Shown: positions 49,990 through 62,199 of the stretch, one piece after another | Numbering within the stretch: position 1 is the stretch's first letter | Layout: every line of letters starts with the position of its first letter | Origin: Scyliorhinus canicula | Lineage: Eukaryota | Direction: 5' to 3' | NCBI RefSeq assembly: GCF_902713615.1 | Contig: NC_052172.1 | Span: 21,775,954 to 21,839,953, forward strand | Length of the DNA stretch: 64,000 nt | Notes under the pieces: generated by a model | The model's input: the letters and a program-made list of their open reading frames with translations, nothing else | Databases searched by the model: none | Told to the model about the DNA's origin: nothing | Made by a program: the position numbers and the translations under genes

Positions 49990-50885
49990 GGTTAAACTCT
50001 GTCTGGGTGGGGTAAACACTGGGGTGGGGTAAACACTGGGGTGGGGTAAACACTGGGGTGGGGTAAACACTGGGGTGGGGTAAACTCTGTCTGGGTGGGG
50101 TAAACTCTGTCTGGGTGGGGTAAACACTGTCTGGGTGGGGTAAACACTGGGGTGGGGTAAACACTGGGGTGGGGTAAATACTATCTGGGGTGGGGTAAAT
50201 ACTATCTGGGGTGGGGTAAATACTATCTGGGGTGGGGTAAATACTATCTGGGGGGGGGTAAATACTGTCGGGGGGTACATACTGTCGGGGGGGGGTAAAT
50301 ACTGTCGGGGGGGTAAATACTGTCGGGGGGGGGGGTAAATACTGTCGGGGGGGTAAATACTGTCGGGGGGGTAAATACTGTCGGGGGGTAAATACTGTCG
50401 GGGGGGTAAATACTGTCGGGGGGGGTAAATACTGTCGGGGGGGGGTAAATACTGTCGGGGGGGTAAATACTGTCGGGGGGGTAAATACTGTCGGGGGGGT
50501 AAATACTGTCGGGGGGGTAAATACTGTCGGGGGGGTAAATACTGTCGGGGGGGGTAAATACTGTCGGGGGGGTAAATACTGTCGGGGGGGGGGGTAAATA
50601 CTGTCGGGGGGGTAAATACTGTCGGGGGGGTGTAAATACTGTCGGGGGGGTTTAAGTACTGTCGGGGGGGTGTAAATACTGTCGGGGGGTGTAAATACTG
50701 TCGGGGGTGTAAATACTGTCGGGGGGTGTAAATACTGTCGGGGGGGGGTAAATACTGTCGGGGGGGGGGTAAATACTGTCGGGGGGGGGGTAAATACTGT
50801 CGGGGGGGGTGTAAATACTGTCTGGGGGGGTAAATACTGTCTGGGGGGGGGGTAAATACTGTCGGGGGGGGGGGTAAATACTGAC
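49990..50885. repeat. G-rich 17-22 bp satellite (gggggtaaaYactgtc)n
   Basis: About 45 copies with an ordered shift from GTAAAC to GTAAAT variants. Confidence 0.95.
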
Positions 50886-50962
50886 TGGCAACCATGGAAC
50901 CTGCATCCAACAGCTCGGGGAGGAAGGAATTGATTTTAGACTTCCATCAAGAAAAACCCCTC

Positions 50963-51188
50963 TGGGCAGCACGGTGGCACAGTGGTTAGCATTGCTGCCT
51001 ACGGCGCTGAGGACCCGGGTTCGAATCCTGGCCCTGGGTCACTGTCCGTGTGGAGTTTGCACGTTCTCCCCGTGTCTGCGTGGGTTTCACCCCCACAACC
51101 CAAAGATGTGCAGGTTAGGTGGATTGGCCACGCTGAATTGCCCCTTAATTGGAAAAAAATAATTGGATATGCTAAATTAAAAAAAAAC
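50963..51188 (+). mobile_element. HE1/V-SINE with TSD
   Basis: Flanked by gaaaaacccctct. Confidence 0.85.
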
Positions 51189-51240
51189 GAAAAACCCCTC
51201 TAACTCCTACAAAAAGGGGGGCTGTAAATACCGAGGCGCT

Positions 51241-51810
51241 GGGTGGGATTTTCCGGTTGCCGACGTTGAAATCGCGTTCGGCGAAATCGGGGACAGTGCC
51301 GGTTTTTAGATGCTCCGCCCCCTCCAAAACAGTATAATCGCTGAGTAGGCCGCATGCTGCTGGGACGGCCTCAGGATATCCTCTGAGGCCCTCCCCCCGA
51401 AGCTCCGCCCCCGACGGCCCGACTTCCGAAGGCGAGTCGAGTGTACTCTCATTTTCCGGGGACTTGGCGTGGTGGCTGCGGACCGTGTCCAATGCCGCCA
51501 GTCGGGTGCAGGGAGTGCAATTCCGCTGGCGAGGGGAGGGGGGGTCTTCAGCAGGGGCTGGGGGTGGCGAAGGGGGCTTCAAGCGACACTATCTGGCAGG
51601 CCGGGTCCGTGCCCAGCCGTCGCCGTGCGCATGCGCGGCCATGGACCTGGCCATTCTGCATCCGTATCTGCAGGTAAAGACGGGGGCTTCACGTGGTGCG
51701 GCTGCTAGCCCCCCACCGGGTGGAGCATCGGTGTGAGGGCGGCACGACGTTTTGGTCAGAAGACCAGATGCTTCCTCCGGACATAGCTGCAAAATCGGAG
51801 AATCCAGCCC
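51241..51810. mobile_element. GC-rich TIR element (possibly PIF/Harbinger-type MITE)
   Basis: Imperfect TIRs gggtgggattttccg / cggagaatccagccc; similar termini at ~2879 and ~34838; TSD not clear. Confidence 0.55.
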
Positions 51811-52499
51811 ACTATTTCTGGGCTTGGCATTCTGGTGAAACTGATTTCCCGAGTTTCTCGTGTCCACATCAGATGAAAGCTTTCCCAAATGCAAGGTTAA
51901 TCTGGAAAATCAGTTAAAATTGTTACCAGACTCATTATTCACTCTCTCCATCACCGACACACAGGAGCAGCCGTGTGTACCATCCACAAGATGCAGGAAC
52001 TCACCAAGGTTTCTTAGACAGCACTTTCCAAACCCACGATCACTACCATCTAGAAGGACAAGAGCAGCAGATATCTGGGAACCCCACCACCTGGAGGTTC
52101 CCCTCCAAGTCACTCACCATCCTGACTTGGAAATAGGTCTCTGTTCCTTCACTGTCGCTGGGTCAAAATCCTGGAGTCCCTCCCTAACAGCACAGTGGGT
52201 GTACCTACATCTCAAGGACTGCAGCGGTTTAAGACGGCTCACCACCACCTTCTCAAGGGGCAACTAGGGATGGGCAATAAATGTTGGCCTCACCAGCAAA
52301 GCTTGTATCAGTGTGATAACATTCGAGGCTATGGGCCAAGTGCTGCAAAGTGGGATTAGTATAGCTTTGTTGGTGCAGACTGGATGGGCCAAAGGGCCTC
52401 TTCTGTACTGCATGACTCTCTGGACAGGGTAAGTTATTGAACCTGTTTCCATTGCCATCTCAAGCTGAGCGTTCCAAATCATAACTTGCAGCATAAAAA

Positions 52500-52700
52500 T
52501 AGTAATAATCTTTATTATTGTCACAAGTAGGCTTACATTAACAGTGCAATGAAGTTACTGTGAAAATCCCCTAGTCGCCACACTCCGGCGCCTGTTCGGG
52601 TACACTGAGGGAGAATTCAGAATGTCCAAATTACCTAACAGCACGTCTTTCAGGACTTGTGGGAGGAAACCGGAGCACCCGGAGGAAACCCACGCAGACA
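52500..52700 (-). mobile_element. V-SINE ('tgtgacaata' tail), 5'-truncated
   Basis: Reverse complement of the 6281 family. Confidence 0.8.
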
Positions 52701-52921
52701 ATATCCACTTCATCTCTCCCTCTGGTTCTTTGCACTCTGGTTACAGACACCCCTCCTGACGGAAGGTTCCCCTTCTTTACTTTTCAACATCTCCATCAAA
52801 GCTCCCCTTAATATTCTCTAAGGAGATAATCCTGGCTTCTCTAATCTTATCGCACTGGTTTGTTTTCGTTGTGTAGGACTGAAAACTACTCTGTTCCCGT
52901 GGTGGGGTCAAGGCTGAAGAG

Positions 52922-52970
52922 ATGTTCTCCACAGGTGCGATGAGGACCTGGATGTCATCGTTGAGTTTGG
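52922..52970 (+). CDS. MRPS12: MRPS12 first coding exon, MFSTGAMRTWMSSLSL(A), start of mitochondrial presequence
   Basis: Exon acceptor gtgtag| at 52877; gagATG; 49 coding nt then G|gtgaga; phase 1 matches the next acceptor. Confidence 0.7.
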
Positions 52971-53914
52971 GTGAGAGTTTTATTTGTGTCAGAATCAGAA
53001 GAGGGGCAATCAGAAGAAATGGCGGGGCTGGGAGAGGAGGGGGTGGAATAATTAGCAGGGAAGGTGATCGTGTTTGTACAAAAACTGTGTGATGTGCGGG
53101 TTGTTTTGGCAGCAACGGCGGCGAGGATTCTGCACGCAGCGAGTGGTTAGGATCGGGAATGCATTGCCAGAGAGTGGGAGGATCCAAAAGGGAACGGGAT
53201 CATTTTCTGAACAGGAAATCGGCATAGGGCTAAGGGGAGAAGGTGGGGCAGTGGCACCAGCTGATTCAGAGAGCAGCACAGAGAGGACTAAATGTGGGGG
53301 GGGGGAAAAGGCTGGCTCATCTTTCAGCTGACATAGTAGGTCAAGTGGCCTCTCTCTGTGTTGTAGACCGTTACGATTTCTATCACACGATGGGCCGAAT
53401 AGCCTCTGTTGTTCTGGAATTTAGCACTGGGTGGCTAATTGAGTGTTTTCCCCTATTTGTCAGCAAATATGCTGACTTGCTGCCTCTACCCCCTCTCTGC
53501 AGCGCTGGGAGAGCGGTGGCAAAAATGTACCCGAGCACTCAGTCCGTCCCCACAGCAGGCCTATGCTGCAGACATCGTCTGTCCAGTGCTAGGTTGGCCA
53601 GGCGACAGACCGTTGTGCTTCTCCCTAGTTGATCTCCCATTGATTGCAGAAGGACAACCCCAATCTCTGCTACAGACCCACCCACTCAGCCCCAGTCAGG
53701 ATGGTGAGTGACTTGGAGGGTGGTTCCCAAGTATCTGCAGCCCTGGTCCCTCTAGTGGTGGTAACAGTTTGGAAGGTGCTGCTGAAGGAGCCTTGGCGAG
53801 TTGCTGCAGTGCCTCTTTTAGATGGTGCACACGGCTGCCGCTGATTCTGTGCTGTAATTACAACCTGTTTGCTGACATTAAAGACACTGTGAATGTTTCT
53901 GTGCTTCCCTCCAG

Positions 53915-54351
53915 CAGCCGCAAGACTGCTCAACTCCTCCCCAGCTTCCCATCTTCAGCGGGTTTTCCCACCCAGAGTCACGCTGCCTCCTCCCGTTTCC
54001 CAGCAGAACAGCCGGACCATGGCCACCCTCCACCAGATGCACAAGATGGGCAAACCCAAGCGCGCCCCACCCAAGGTAGGCGCCACCTTCGGCCGGCCCC
54101 AGCTGAAAGGTGTGGTGCTGAAGACCATGATCCGCAAACCAAAGAAGCCCAACTCGGCCAACCGCAAGTGCGCCCGCGTGCGGCTCAGCAACGGCAAGGA
54201 AGCGATCGTCTTCATCCCCGGAGAGGGCCACAATCTCCAGGAACACAACATCGTGCTGGTGGAGGGGGGGCGAACACAGGACCTCCCGGGCGTCAAGTTA
54301 AAAGTCGTTCGGGGGAAGTACGACTGCGCTCACGTCCAAAAGAAAAAGTAA
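53915..54351 (+). CDS. MRPS12: Mitochondrial ribosomal protein S12 (uS12m), main exon
   Basis: MATLHQMH...[35 protein letters not shown]...[11 protein letters not shown]...[11 protein letters not shown]...[12 protein letters not shown]; acceptor ctccag|. Confidence 0.95.
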
Positions 54352-54405
54352 CGGCTGTGTGTCGCAGGACATTATTGAAATAGTGGCTGGGACTGCGAGT
54401 GAATG

Positions 54406-54411
54406 ATTAAA
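54406..54411 (+). terminator. MRPS12 poly(A) signal ATTAAA
   Basis: 54 nt after the stop, followed by U/GU-rich sequence. Confidence 0.55.
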
Positions 54412-54699
54412 GCTGTTTGAATCCACGTTTGGCAGGATTGCCTTTCTTTATGATTACGCATGTTCCATTCACCTAGAACAGAAAACAGGTCCCCAAACCT
54501 TTGTCACCAGTCTTCACAGTGTCATGGCGAGTGGGGGAGGAGGGGGGTGGGGTGCACAGCTGTTAGCCTCAGTACCACTGAGTCGGGTATGGGTGTGTAC
54601 ATGCCAACATTCCTGATCGCTGCCCAGATAACCCTCCCCAGGAAATGCGGGGAATTTACAGTTCCCTCTGAAACTCTCCACATCCTCAACCGTTTACAG

Positions 54700-55290
54700 T
54701 TTCTACAACGGACTTGGATGCAGGGACCAAAGATATTGTCGCTAAATTTGCTGATAATACAGAAAGAGGTAGGAAGGTAAATTGTAAAGAGATGGGGACA
54801 TGGATAGCTTAAGCGAGTGGGCAGAGGATTGGCAAATGGAGTAAAATGTGAGATGGTCCATTTTGGATTGTCTTTTGAGGAAAGGTTGCAGAGGTCAGGC
54901 TTGTATCCGCTGGAGTTTAGAAGATGAAGAGGCGATCATCTTCTTGAAACATGTAAGATCCAGAGGGGTATTGACGGGGTGAATGTGGAGGGGACGTTTC
55001 CTCTTGTGGGAGCATCTAGAACTAGGGGGAGTCACCCATTTGAGATTAAGCTGAGAATTATTTTCCCTGAGGAAGAGGAGTCTCTGGAGCTCTCTTCCTC
55101 AACAGGCACTGGAAGCAGAATCTTTGAATATTTTTAAGGCAGATCCAGGATTAACACGGGGGTGAAAGGTTATCGGAGGTCGGCGGGAATGTGCGGTTGA
55201 GGTTGGAATCAAATCAGTCACGATCTTATTGAATGGCGGAGAAGCCTCGAGAGGCCGATTGGCCTCCTCCTGTCATTAACTTATATATAC
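54700..55290 (+). mobile_element. Old degenerate CR1 3' fragment
   Basis: aaatttgctgataatac (KFAD-like) and a CR1-like 3' UTR similar to 3730-3955. Confidence 0.6.
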
Positions 55291-55445
55291 TCATGTATGT
55301 TTTTTTATTCGCTGGGAGGCCGGGGAGGAGAGTTTCTGCAAGGTCCTCCTGCAGAAGCAGCAGGAAAGACCTGGCAAAATGGTCCGCTCTGCCGACGTGG
55401 AGACTCGGTCCTTGGGATGAGGGGGGACTCTCACGTGAGGATGAC

Positions 55446-57500
55446 TGTTAGGGACGGGTCAGTCACTGTATAACACAGGTACAGTATTGCTGGATACAGG
55501 TCAGTCACTGTATAACACGTACAGTACTGTTGGATACAGGTCAGTCACTGTATAACACAGGTACAGTACTCTTAGGGATGGGTCAGTCACTGTATAACAC
55601 AGGTACAGTACTCTTAGGGATGGGTCAGTCACTGTATAACAGGTACAGTACTGTTGGATACAGGTCAGTCACTGTATAACAGGTACAGTACTGTTGGATA
55701 CAGGTCAGTCACTGTATAACAGGTACAGTACTGTTGGATACAGGTCAGTCACTGTATAACAGGTATAGTACTGTTAGGGACGGGTCAGTCACTGTATAAC
55801 AGGTACAGTAATGCTGGATACAGGTCAGTCACTATAACACTGGGATTCAGTACAGGTCAGTCACTGTATAACACTGGGATTCAGTACAGGTCAGTCACTG
55901 TATAACACTGGTATTCAGTACAGGTCTGTCACTGTATAACACTGGGATTCAGTACAGGTCTGTCACTGTATAACACTGGGATTCAGTACAGGTCAGTCAC
56001 TGTATAACACTGGGATTCAGTACAGGTCTGTCACTGAATAACACTGGGATTCAGTACAGGTCTGTCACTATAACACTGGGATTCAGTACAGGTCTGTCAC
56101 TGTATAACACTGGGATTCAGTACAGGTCAGTCACTGTATAACACTGGGATTCAGTACAGGTCTGTCACTATAACACTGGGATTCAGTACAGGTCAATCAC
56201 TGTATAACACTGGGATTCAGTACAGGTCTGTCACTATAACACTGGGATTCAGCACAGGTGTGTCACTGTATAACACTGGGATTCAGCACAGGTCTGTCAC
56301 TAACACTGGGATTCAGCACAGGTCTGTCACTGAATAACACTGGGATTCAGTACAGGTCTGTCACTGTATAACACTGGGATTCAGTACAGGTCTGTCACTG
56401 TATAACACTGGGATTCAGTACAGGTCTGTCACTGTATAACACTGGGATTCAGTACAGGTCTGTCACTAACACTGGGATTCAGTACAGGTCTGTCACTGAA
56501 TAACACTGGGATTCAGCACAGGTCTGTCACTGAATAACACTGGGATTCAGCACAGGTCTGTCACTGTATAACACTGAGATTCAGTACAGGTCTGTCACTG
56601 AATAACACTGGGATTCAGCACAGGTCTGTCACTGTATAACACTGGGATTCAGTACAGGTCTGTCACTGTATAACACTGGGATTCAGTACAGGTCTGTCAC
56701 TAACACTGGGATTCAGTACAGGTCTGTCACTGTATAACACTGGGATTCAGTACAGGTCTGTCACTGTATAACACTGGGATTCAGTACAGGTCTGTCACTA
56801 ACACTGGGATTCAGTACAGGTCTGTCACTGTATAACACTGAGATTCAGTACAGGTCTGTCACTGAATAACACTGGGATTCAGCACAGGTCTGTCACTGTA
56901 TAACACTGGGATTCAGTACAGGTCTGGCACTGTATAACACTGGGATTCAGTACAGGTCTGTCACTGTATAACACGGATTCAGCACAGGTCTGTCACTGTA
57001 TAACACTGGGATTCAGCACAGATCTGTCACTATAACACTGGGATTCAGCACAGGTCTGTCACTGTATAACACTGGGATTCAGCACAGGTCTGTCACTATA
57101 ACTGGGATTCAGTACAGGTCTGTCACTGTATAACACTGGGATTCAGTACAGGTCTGTCACTGTATAACACTGGGATTCAGTACAGGTCTGTCACTGAATA
57201 ACACTGGGATTCAGTACAGGTCTGTCACTGAATAACACTGGGATTCAGTACAGGTCTGTCACTGTATAACACTGGGATTCAGTACAGGTCTGTCACTGTA
57301 TAACACTGGGATTCAGTACAGGTCTGTCACTGTATAACACTGGGATTCAGTACAGGTCTGTCACTGAATAACATATTCAGTACTGATCTGTAAAACATTG
57401 GGAGTCAGTACAAATCAGTCACTGTATAACTGGAATTCAGCACAGGTCTGTCACTGTATAACTGGGATTCAGCATAGGTCTGTCACTATAACATGGGGTT
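55446..57500. repeat. ~2-kb satellite: 40-42 bp units switching to 34-bp (ggtctgtcactgtataacactgggattcagtaca)n
   Basis: Period directly visible; no unique spacers. Confidence 0.97.
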
Positions 57501-58042
57501 CAGCACTGCTTTGTCACTGATAAACCGGTGCGTACCTGATCTGGCTGCGTGAGGAATCGCCTCACGATTTTCGCAAGACAACTCCCTTTTCCCATCAGAG
57601 AAAGGAAAGCTGAGGGCTGTTCACCGTTCCTCTCCTCTTGTCCTCCTCCCCAGAGGGCACCGCCTTTCACCAGCAGGTAGTTCAATAGAAAGGCCAGTAA
57701 CTCACCAATAACCACCCAGGAGGCCATTTACAGCCTTGACAGGAGACAGGGAATCCGATCCAATCCTGACGCCAATTCTCAGCAAATATGTGCATGAATC
57801 CTGAATAACTCGTTTGCTCTTCCCTACCGAGGGCAGAGACCGAGGGTGAGGGCCTGCTGCGAATGGTGGGAAGGCTTGGGTTTCCCACAAAGCCATTCCC
57901 TCCTAACCAGTTTGGCAATTTATACAATTATTCAAACAGTTTCTTTAAACAGAAATGAACAAATATTTTACGGTGAAGGATTGGGCTGGGAGGCATTCCC
58001 TTTGTACACTGCTTGTCTGAAAGTGTATAATGGGAATGCAAG

Positions 58043-58255
58043 GGCGTTAGCACTGCTGCTTCACGGCGCCGAGGTCCCAGGTTCGATCCCGGCTCTGGGT
58101 CACTGTCCGTGTGGAGTTTGCAAATTCTCCCCGTGTCTGCGTGGGTTTCACCCCCACAACCCAAAGATGTGCAGGGTAGGTGGATTGCCTACGCTAAATT
58201 GCCCCTTAATTGGAAAAAATGAATTGGGTACTCTAAATTTATTTTTAAAAATAAA
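58043..58255 (+). mobile_element. HE1/V-SINE
   Basis: B box, V-domain and A-rich tail. Confidence 0.85.
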
Positions 58256-59119
58256 GGGAATGCGCTTTCCCTTTACAACTAACTTCAGGCCAGAAAACTT
58301 GGTCTTTAAAATTTATTTTAAAAACCTTGCTGATTAGATCACCTGCTCCATTTACAGTCAGAAGCAACAACTGCCACTCCAGGTGAAGGGAGGAGAGGAT
58401 TGAGCTCAGTCAGGGGGTCAACGCCTTCAGGGAAATGCACAAAATAAAATGTTTATCTCTCCTGATCAGGGACATGTCAGGGCCCAGGTGTGAAGCGTCT
58501 GTCCTCCTTGCCGTGACTAATCTTGCTTTTATTCCCCTTTATTTGCTCCTCCGACTCCAGCTTCCTGCCAGTGGAGACTGCTTTTACCTATACTACTTAG
58601 TGGAGTGAAACTGCTCCATATCCTGCGCTGGTTACCTACTGACAGATCTCCCATGGCATTGCTTGTGCATAGTCGCAGGTTGTGGTATCTGGCCGTTGGC
58701 CTAGCAACAAGCTGTATTTATTTAGTCACATCGTAAAATGTCCCAATGCACTTTGGAGGAGTGTGAGCAAACAAAAATAAAGCTCTAAATGCATATTCAG
58801 GGCTCAGTGAGGTCAGTCAGAGAGCAATTGTAATTATTTGTAAATTTCTGGGAGCCAATCAGCAGCTGGGCTTTTTCTAGCGTATATTCTGGAGCACTAG
58901 GTGGAAATGTTTTTGGGGTAGACATTTTGGCAAGCAATCCCCGATCACTGGCCCTGGTTACAGAGGAAACTCAAGAAGAGAAATGGACAATCTTCCTCCA
59001 AAGTTACTGCGGGAAAGGGAGTGAATTTGTGTGAAAATCCCAGGCCTTTGTGTGAGTGTGTGTGGTTATAATAGAGGTCTCGCTCTTGCTAAGAACTATG
59101 GGTGAACCCTATCGTAGAT

Positions 59120-59425
59120 ATCATGGAATTTACAGTGCAGAAGGAGGCCATTCGGCTCATAAGAGTCTGCACCGGCTCTTGGAAAGAGTACCCTACCTAA
59201 ACCCACACCTCCACCCTATCCCTGCAACCGAGCAACCCCAACTAACCCAAGGGCAATTTAGCATGGCCAATCCACCTAGCCTGCACATCTTTGGACTGTG
59301 GGAGGATAATGGAGCACCTGGAGGAAACACAGGGAGAACATGCAGACTCCGCACAGACAGTGACCCAAGCCGGAATCAAACCTGGGATCCTGGCGCTGTG
59401 AAGCAACAATGCTAACCACTGTGAT
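59120..59425 (-). mobile_element. HE1 SINE with HER1 tail
   Basis: Reverse complement of the 43898 family. Confidence 0.8.
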
Positions 59426-60888
59426 AACGTACTGCTCCTCCATTATGATGATTCTTGACCATATGCCTAAGCTCACGGACCATCAAAGACATTAAATGAA
59501 GCTTGATGAACTGAGGGACAACTGTATAGATTAGTTTTGAGCTTTTAATTTATCCAGGCATCAACTCTAAACGTAGTTTGCATCAATTTAACTCCTCCTG
59601 CAACTAACTAGCCCTCAGCATTTGCTGAATGACTCTTGGATCAAAGAATTATGTAGGTGAAAAATGTGACTCCAAATAAAACAAGTGTATCCAGCAGCTC
59701 TGGATTTGTAACCTCACCAATCAGTCAGTTACCCAGTGATTTTATCAAGAAGATTTACAAGCCTCTGCGCATGTAGGATTTGCACCGGTACCTGTAAACG
59801 TCTGGAGTCACATCCTGAATAAACCCTAGACAGAGTATAGCCAAAAACTGTTCGATCGCAGCAGACACCTAAAGTAAAGGCCAAATTCTGACCTGAACTG
59901 AGATCATCAAACTCAGAACCGACCACCCACAGGACTGAAACGTGCAGTAGATTTATCCACAGGTCCGTCCGCAGTTACACAATGAGATTACAGCCTTAAA
60001 AAAAAATCACTCTTCAGAATTTAATGACATACATCAAAACAATCATGTGCTCGATTAAGATTGTGTTCTGGTCAATAGCTCAGTGCATTGACAGTCCATA
60101 CACTTGGTGGCCGTAGGGGACATGGCTAACACATATGGATGGAATCTCTGGAAGCAATGTCTGGTTAATTACCCGCAGTTAACGTGGTCCATATCTACAC
60201 CGAGACAGTGTAACAACTAAACCTTTAACAAACAAAGCAGCTCTCAGTCATGGTCCCAATGGTGATTTATGGCTTCAGTTTTATCTCCCCCTCCGTGCCT
60301 TTTCAAACTTATAAGGGGGAAAATTTGGATTGACAATTGAATTGGGGGGGGGGGGGGAAGAGATTGTGATGTTGGTGGAGGGGGGCAGTAAACAAAGGTG
60401 ACACATGGCACACCTGGGCTTTCACCTCTGGGGCCCACGTTTCAATCCAGGCTGGATAACAGATGCAGTCTTCTTAATTCGGGAGATGTGGGAATCGGAT
60501 GTGAGATGAGTTGGTCAGTCTCAACATGGGGGTTGATTGGTACCAGGAGTGGCGATCAGACGCAGGGTGGCTGGTGTAGCTAATGGTATCGCATTAATGC
60601 AGGAGGACTGAATCCTGTGTGGTTTGGGGAGCAGGAGGGTGGCAAGGTGTGTTATTGGGACAGTGCAGAGGGAGCTTTGCATTGCACATACCTGTGCTTA
60701 ATGCTGCAATACTTTGGTGCTCCAACAAATATAGAATTAGCACAAAAAAACTGCAAGAAAATACTGTTAGGTTAAGGTCAGAATTTGTAATCTTCAAATA
60801 AATAGTAAACGATAAGAAAGTTATTTAAAGTTGATCCTCTATCTCTGCGGTTTGGAGGAGGTCCAGTTACAGTGACTTTCTGTTGGTT

Positions 60889-62199
60889 TCACCTGGTATC
60901 GAGTCGACGCACTCGCACCTTTTGCTTGTAATGATATTCCTTCAGGTATTCCTTCAGGGTGTTGGGAATCGGGAGGAGGTCAATCCCATCGTAGGTGGAG
61001 CAGCTGGAAATGGCAGCCCTGCAGATGTGCTGGAGACTGAACGGGAAGGTCCTGTTGATGGGGCTGGAGAGGAGTGGTTCGAAGAACATGCAGGAGTTGG
61101 GATCCTTGTAGTGCTCCAGCAGGCCGGTGACAGTGGGGGCGTGGAAGACGCTGGGGTCGTGGACATCAAAGCTGAAATTGTGGTTCCACTGCTCAATGCG
61201 TGCATGCAGGGAGCGGCTGTACCTGCGGAAGCTGACCGAGAAGAGGTAGTCCTCCTGGGCAGAGTCCCGCAGCAGGAAGGCTCCCTCTGGTTTACCCTCC
61301 AGCAGAGCCTCAGCCTGGTACCGATCCATCACCCCCCAGTAGCAAGGAAAAGTGGTCAACTCCAGGAGGTCGGGAACCAGGCAGTGGATGTAGTCGATCT
61401 GCGTGTGGGCGCGATAGCCATCTTTGATTTCCACCTGCTCTGGGGCCAGTTGGGGAGGGGGCACCTCCTCGACGGGCACACTCTCCTGTACCTGGAGCAT
61501 AGCCCGGTCATCTCCAGCCAGCTCATTCATTCCTGGCGCCAGTTTGGGCCCCAGTTTGTACAAGGGGTTAATCTGTGCTGTCACCTCAAAGGTGTGAATC
61601 TGTGCGTGGGGCGGGGGCTCGACCCCCTGCTCAATGCTGATCCGCCTTCTCTCTCTCAGACGGTCATCTTCATCCTCCACTGGCGTCCCACCAGAGGGTG
61701 CGGTATCCAGCATCGGTGGGCTCTGTGAGACGGGGGCCGTGTGCTGCTTGATCAGGTACCATTTCTGTGCTAAATCTGTGCCTTCAGGAAAGGGGCATTT
61801 ATCAAGCATCAGTTCGCTAATGTGGATCTTCCTTTTGGAGGAGGATAAGATGGCAGAATGTAGGCTGTGGGATTTAATGGGAAAACACTGGCCCACAACA
61901 TCCTGTATCCGCTGCCTCAGGGATCTGCTGTGCAGTTTGCATGCTCCAAAGTCACGGGAATCCTTCTCCCGGGTCAGATCCAGATTCTGTTTCCCCGATC
62001 TCCCGCCCGAAGGATTCTCGACATTCCCCTCCTTTTGTTCTATTCCCGAGGTGCCGGCGGAGGCCTCGGATTTGTGGGAATTTCTGTTCTTCCTTTTGCT
62101 CCGACCTTCCGCCTGATCTTCTGGGTCCCCCCGTCTGACCTTTGGCCTCACAGCCCGCTTATCCTTCTCCGGCCTCTGGTTTTCTTGTGGATCCGACAT
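60889..62199 (-). CDS. SOCS9: Suppressor of cytokine signalling, SOCS4/5 subfamily (SOCS9/SOCS5-like), 436 aa, single coding exon
   Basis: [62 protein letters not shown]2 (CYWGVMDRY...FLLRDS) and SOCS box (FSLQHICR...[10 protein letters not shown]). The family call is secure; the paralog name is from recall of the N-terminus (RPKVR). Exon acceptor ttttgcag| at 62433. Confidence 0.85.
   Translation of the reverse strand: MSDPQENQRPEKDKRAVRPKVRRGDPEDQAEGRSKRKNRNSHKSEASAGTSGIEQKEGNVENPSGGRSGKQNLDLTREKDSRDFGACKLHSRSLRQRIQDVVGQCFPIKSHSLHSAILSSSKRKIHISELMLDKCPFPEGTDLAQKWYLIKQHTAPVSQSPPMLDTAPSGGTPVEDEDDRLRERRRISIEQGVEPPPHAQIHTFEVTAQINPLYKLGPKLAPGMNELAGDDRAMLQVQESVPVEEVPPPQLAPEQVEIKDGYRAHTQIDYIHCLVPDLLELTTFPCYWGVMDRYQAEALLEGKPEGAFLLRDSAQEDYLFSVSFRRYSRSLHARIEQWNHNFSFDVHDPSVFHAPTVTGLLEHYKDPNSCMFFEPLLSSPINRTFPFSLQHICRAAISSCSTYDGIDLLPIPNTLKEYLKEYHYKQKVRVRRLDTR

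Noticed and set aside
49927-50972. 327-aa PPRQYL-repeat ORF and the 11-aa-repeat ORFs at 42665-43147
   Set aside because: Translations of tandem repeats.
53893-54351. Bacterial rpsL, contamination or horizontal transfer
   Set aside because: Has spliceosomal introns, a presequence, a poly(A) signal and metazoan MRPS12-type motifs (NSANRKC, YDCAHV).
55446-57500. CRISPR-like array of ~34-bp repeats
   Set aside because: Repeats are head-to-tail with no unique spacers, there are no cas genes, and the context is eukaryotic.
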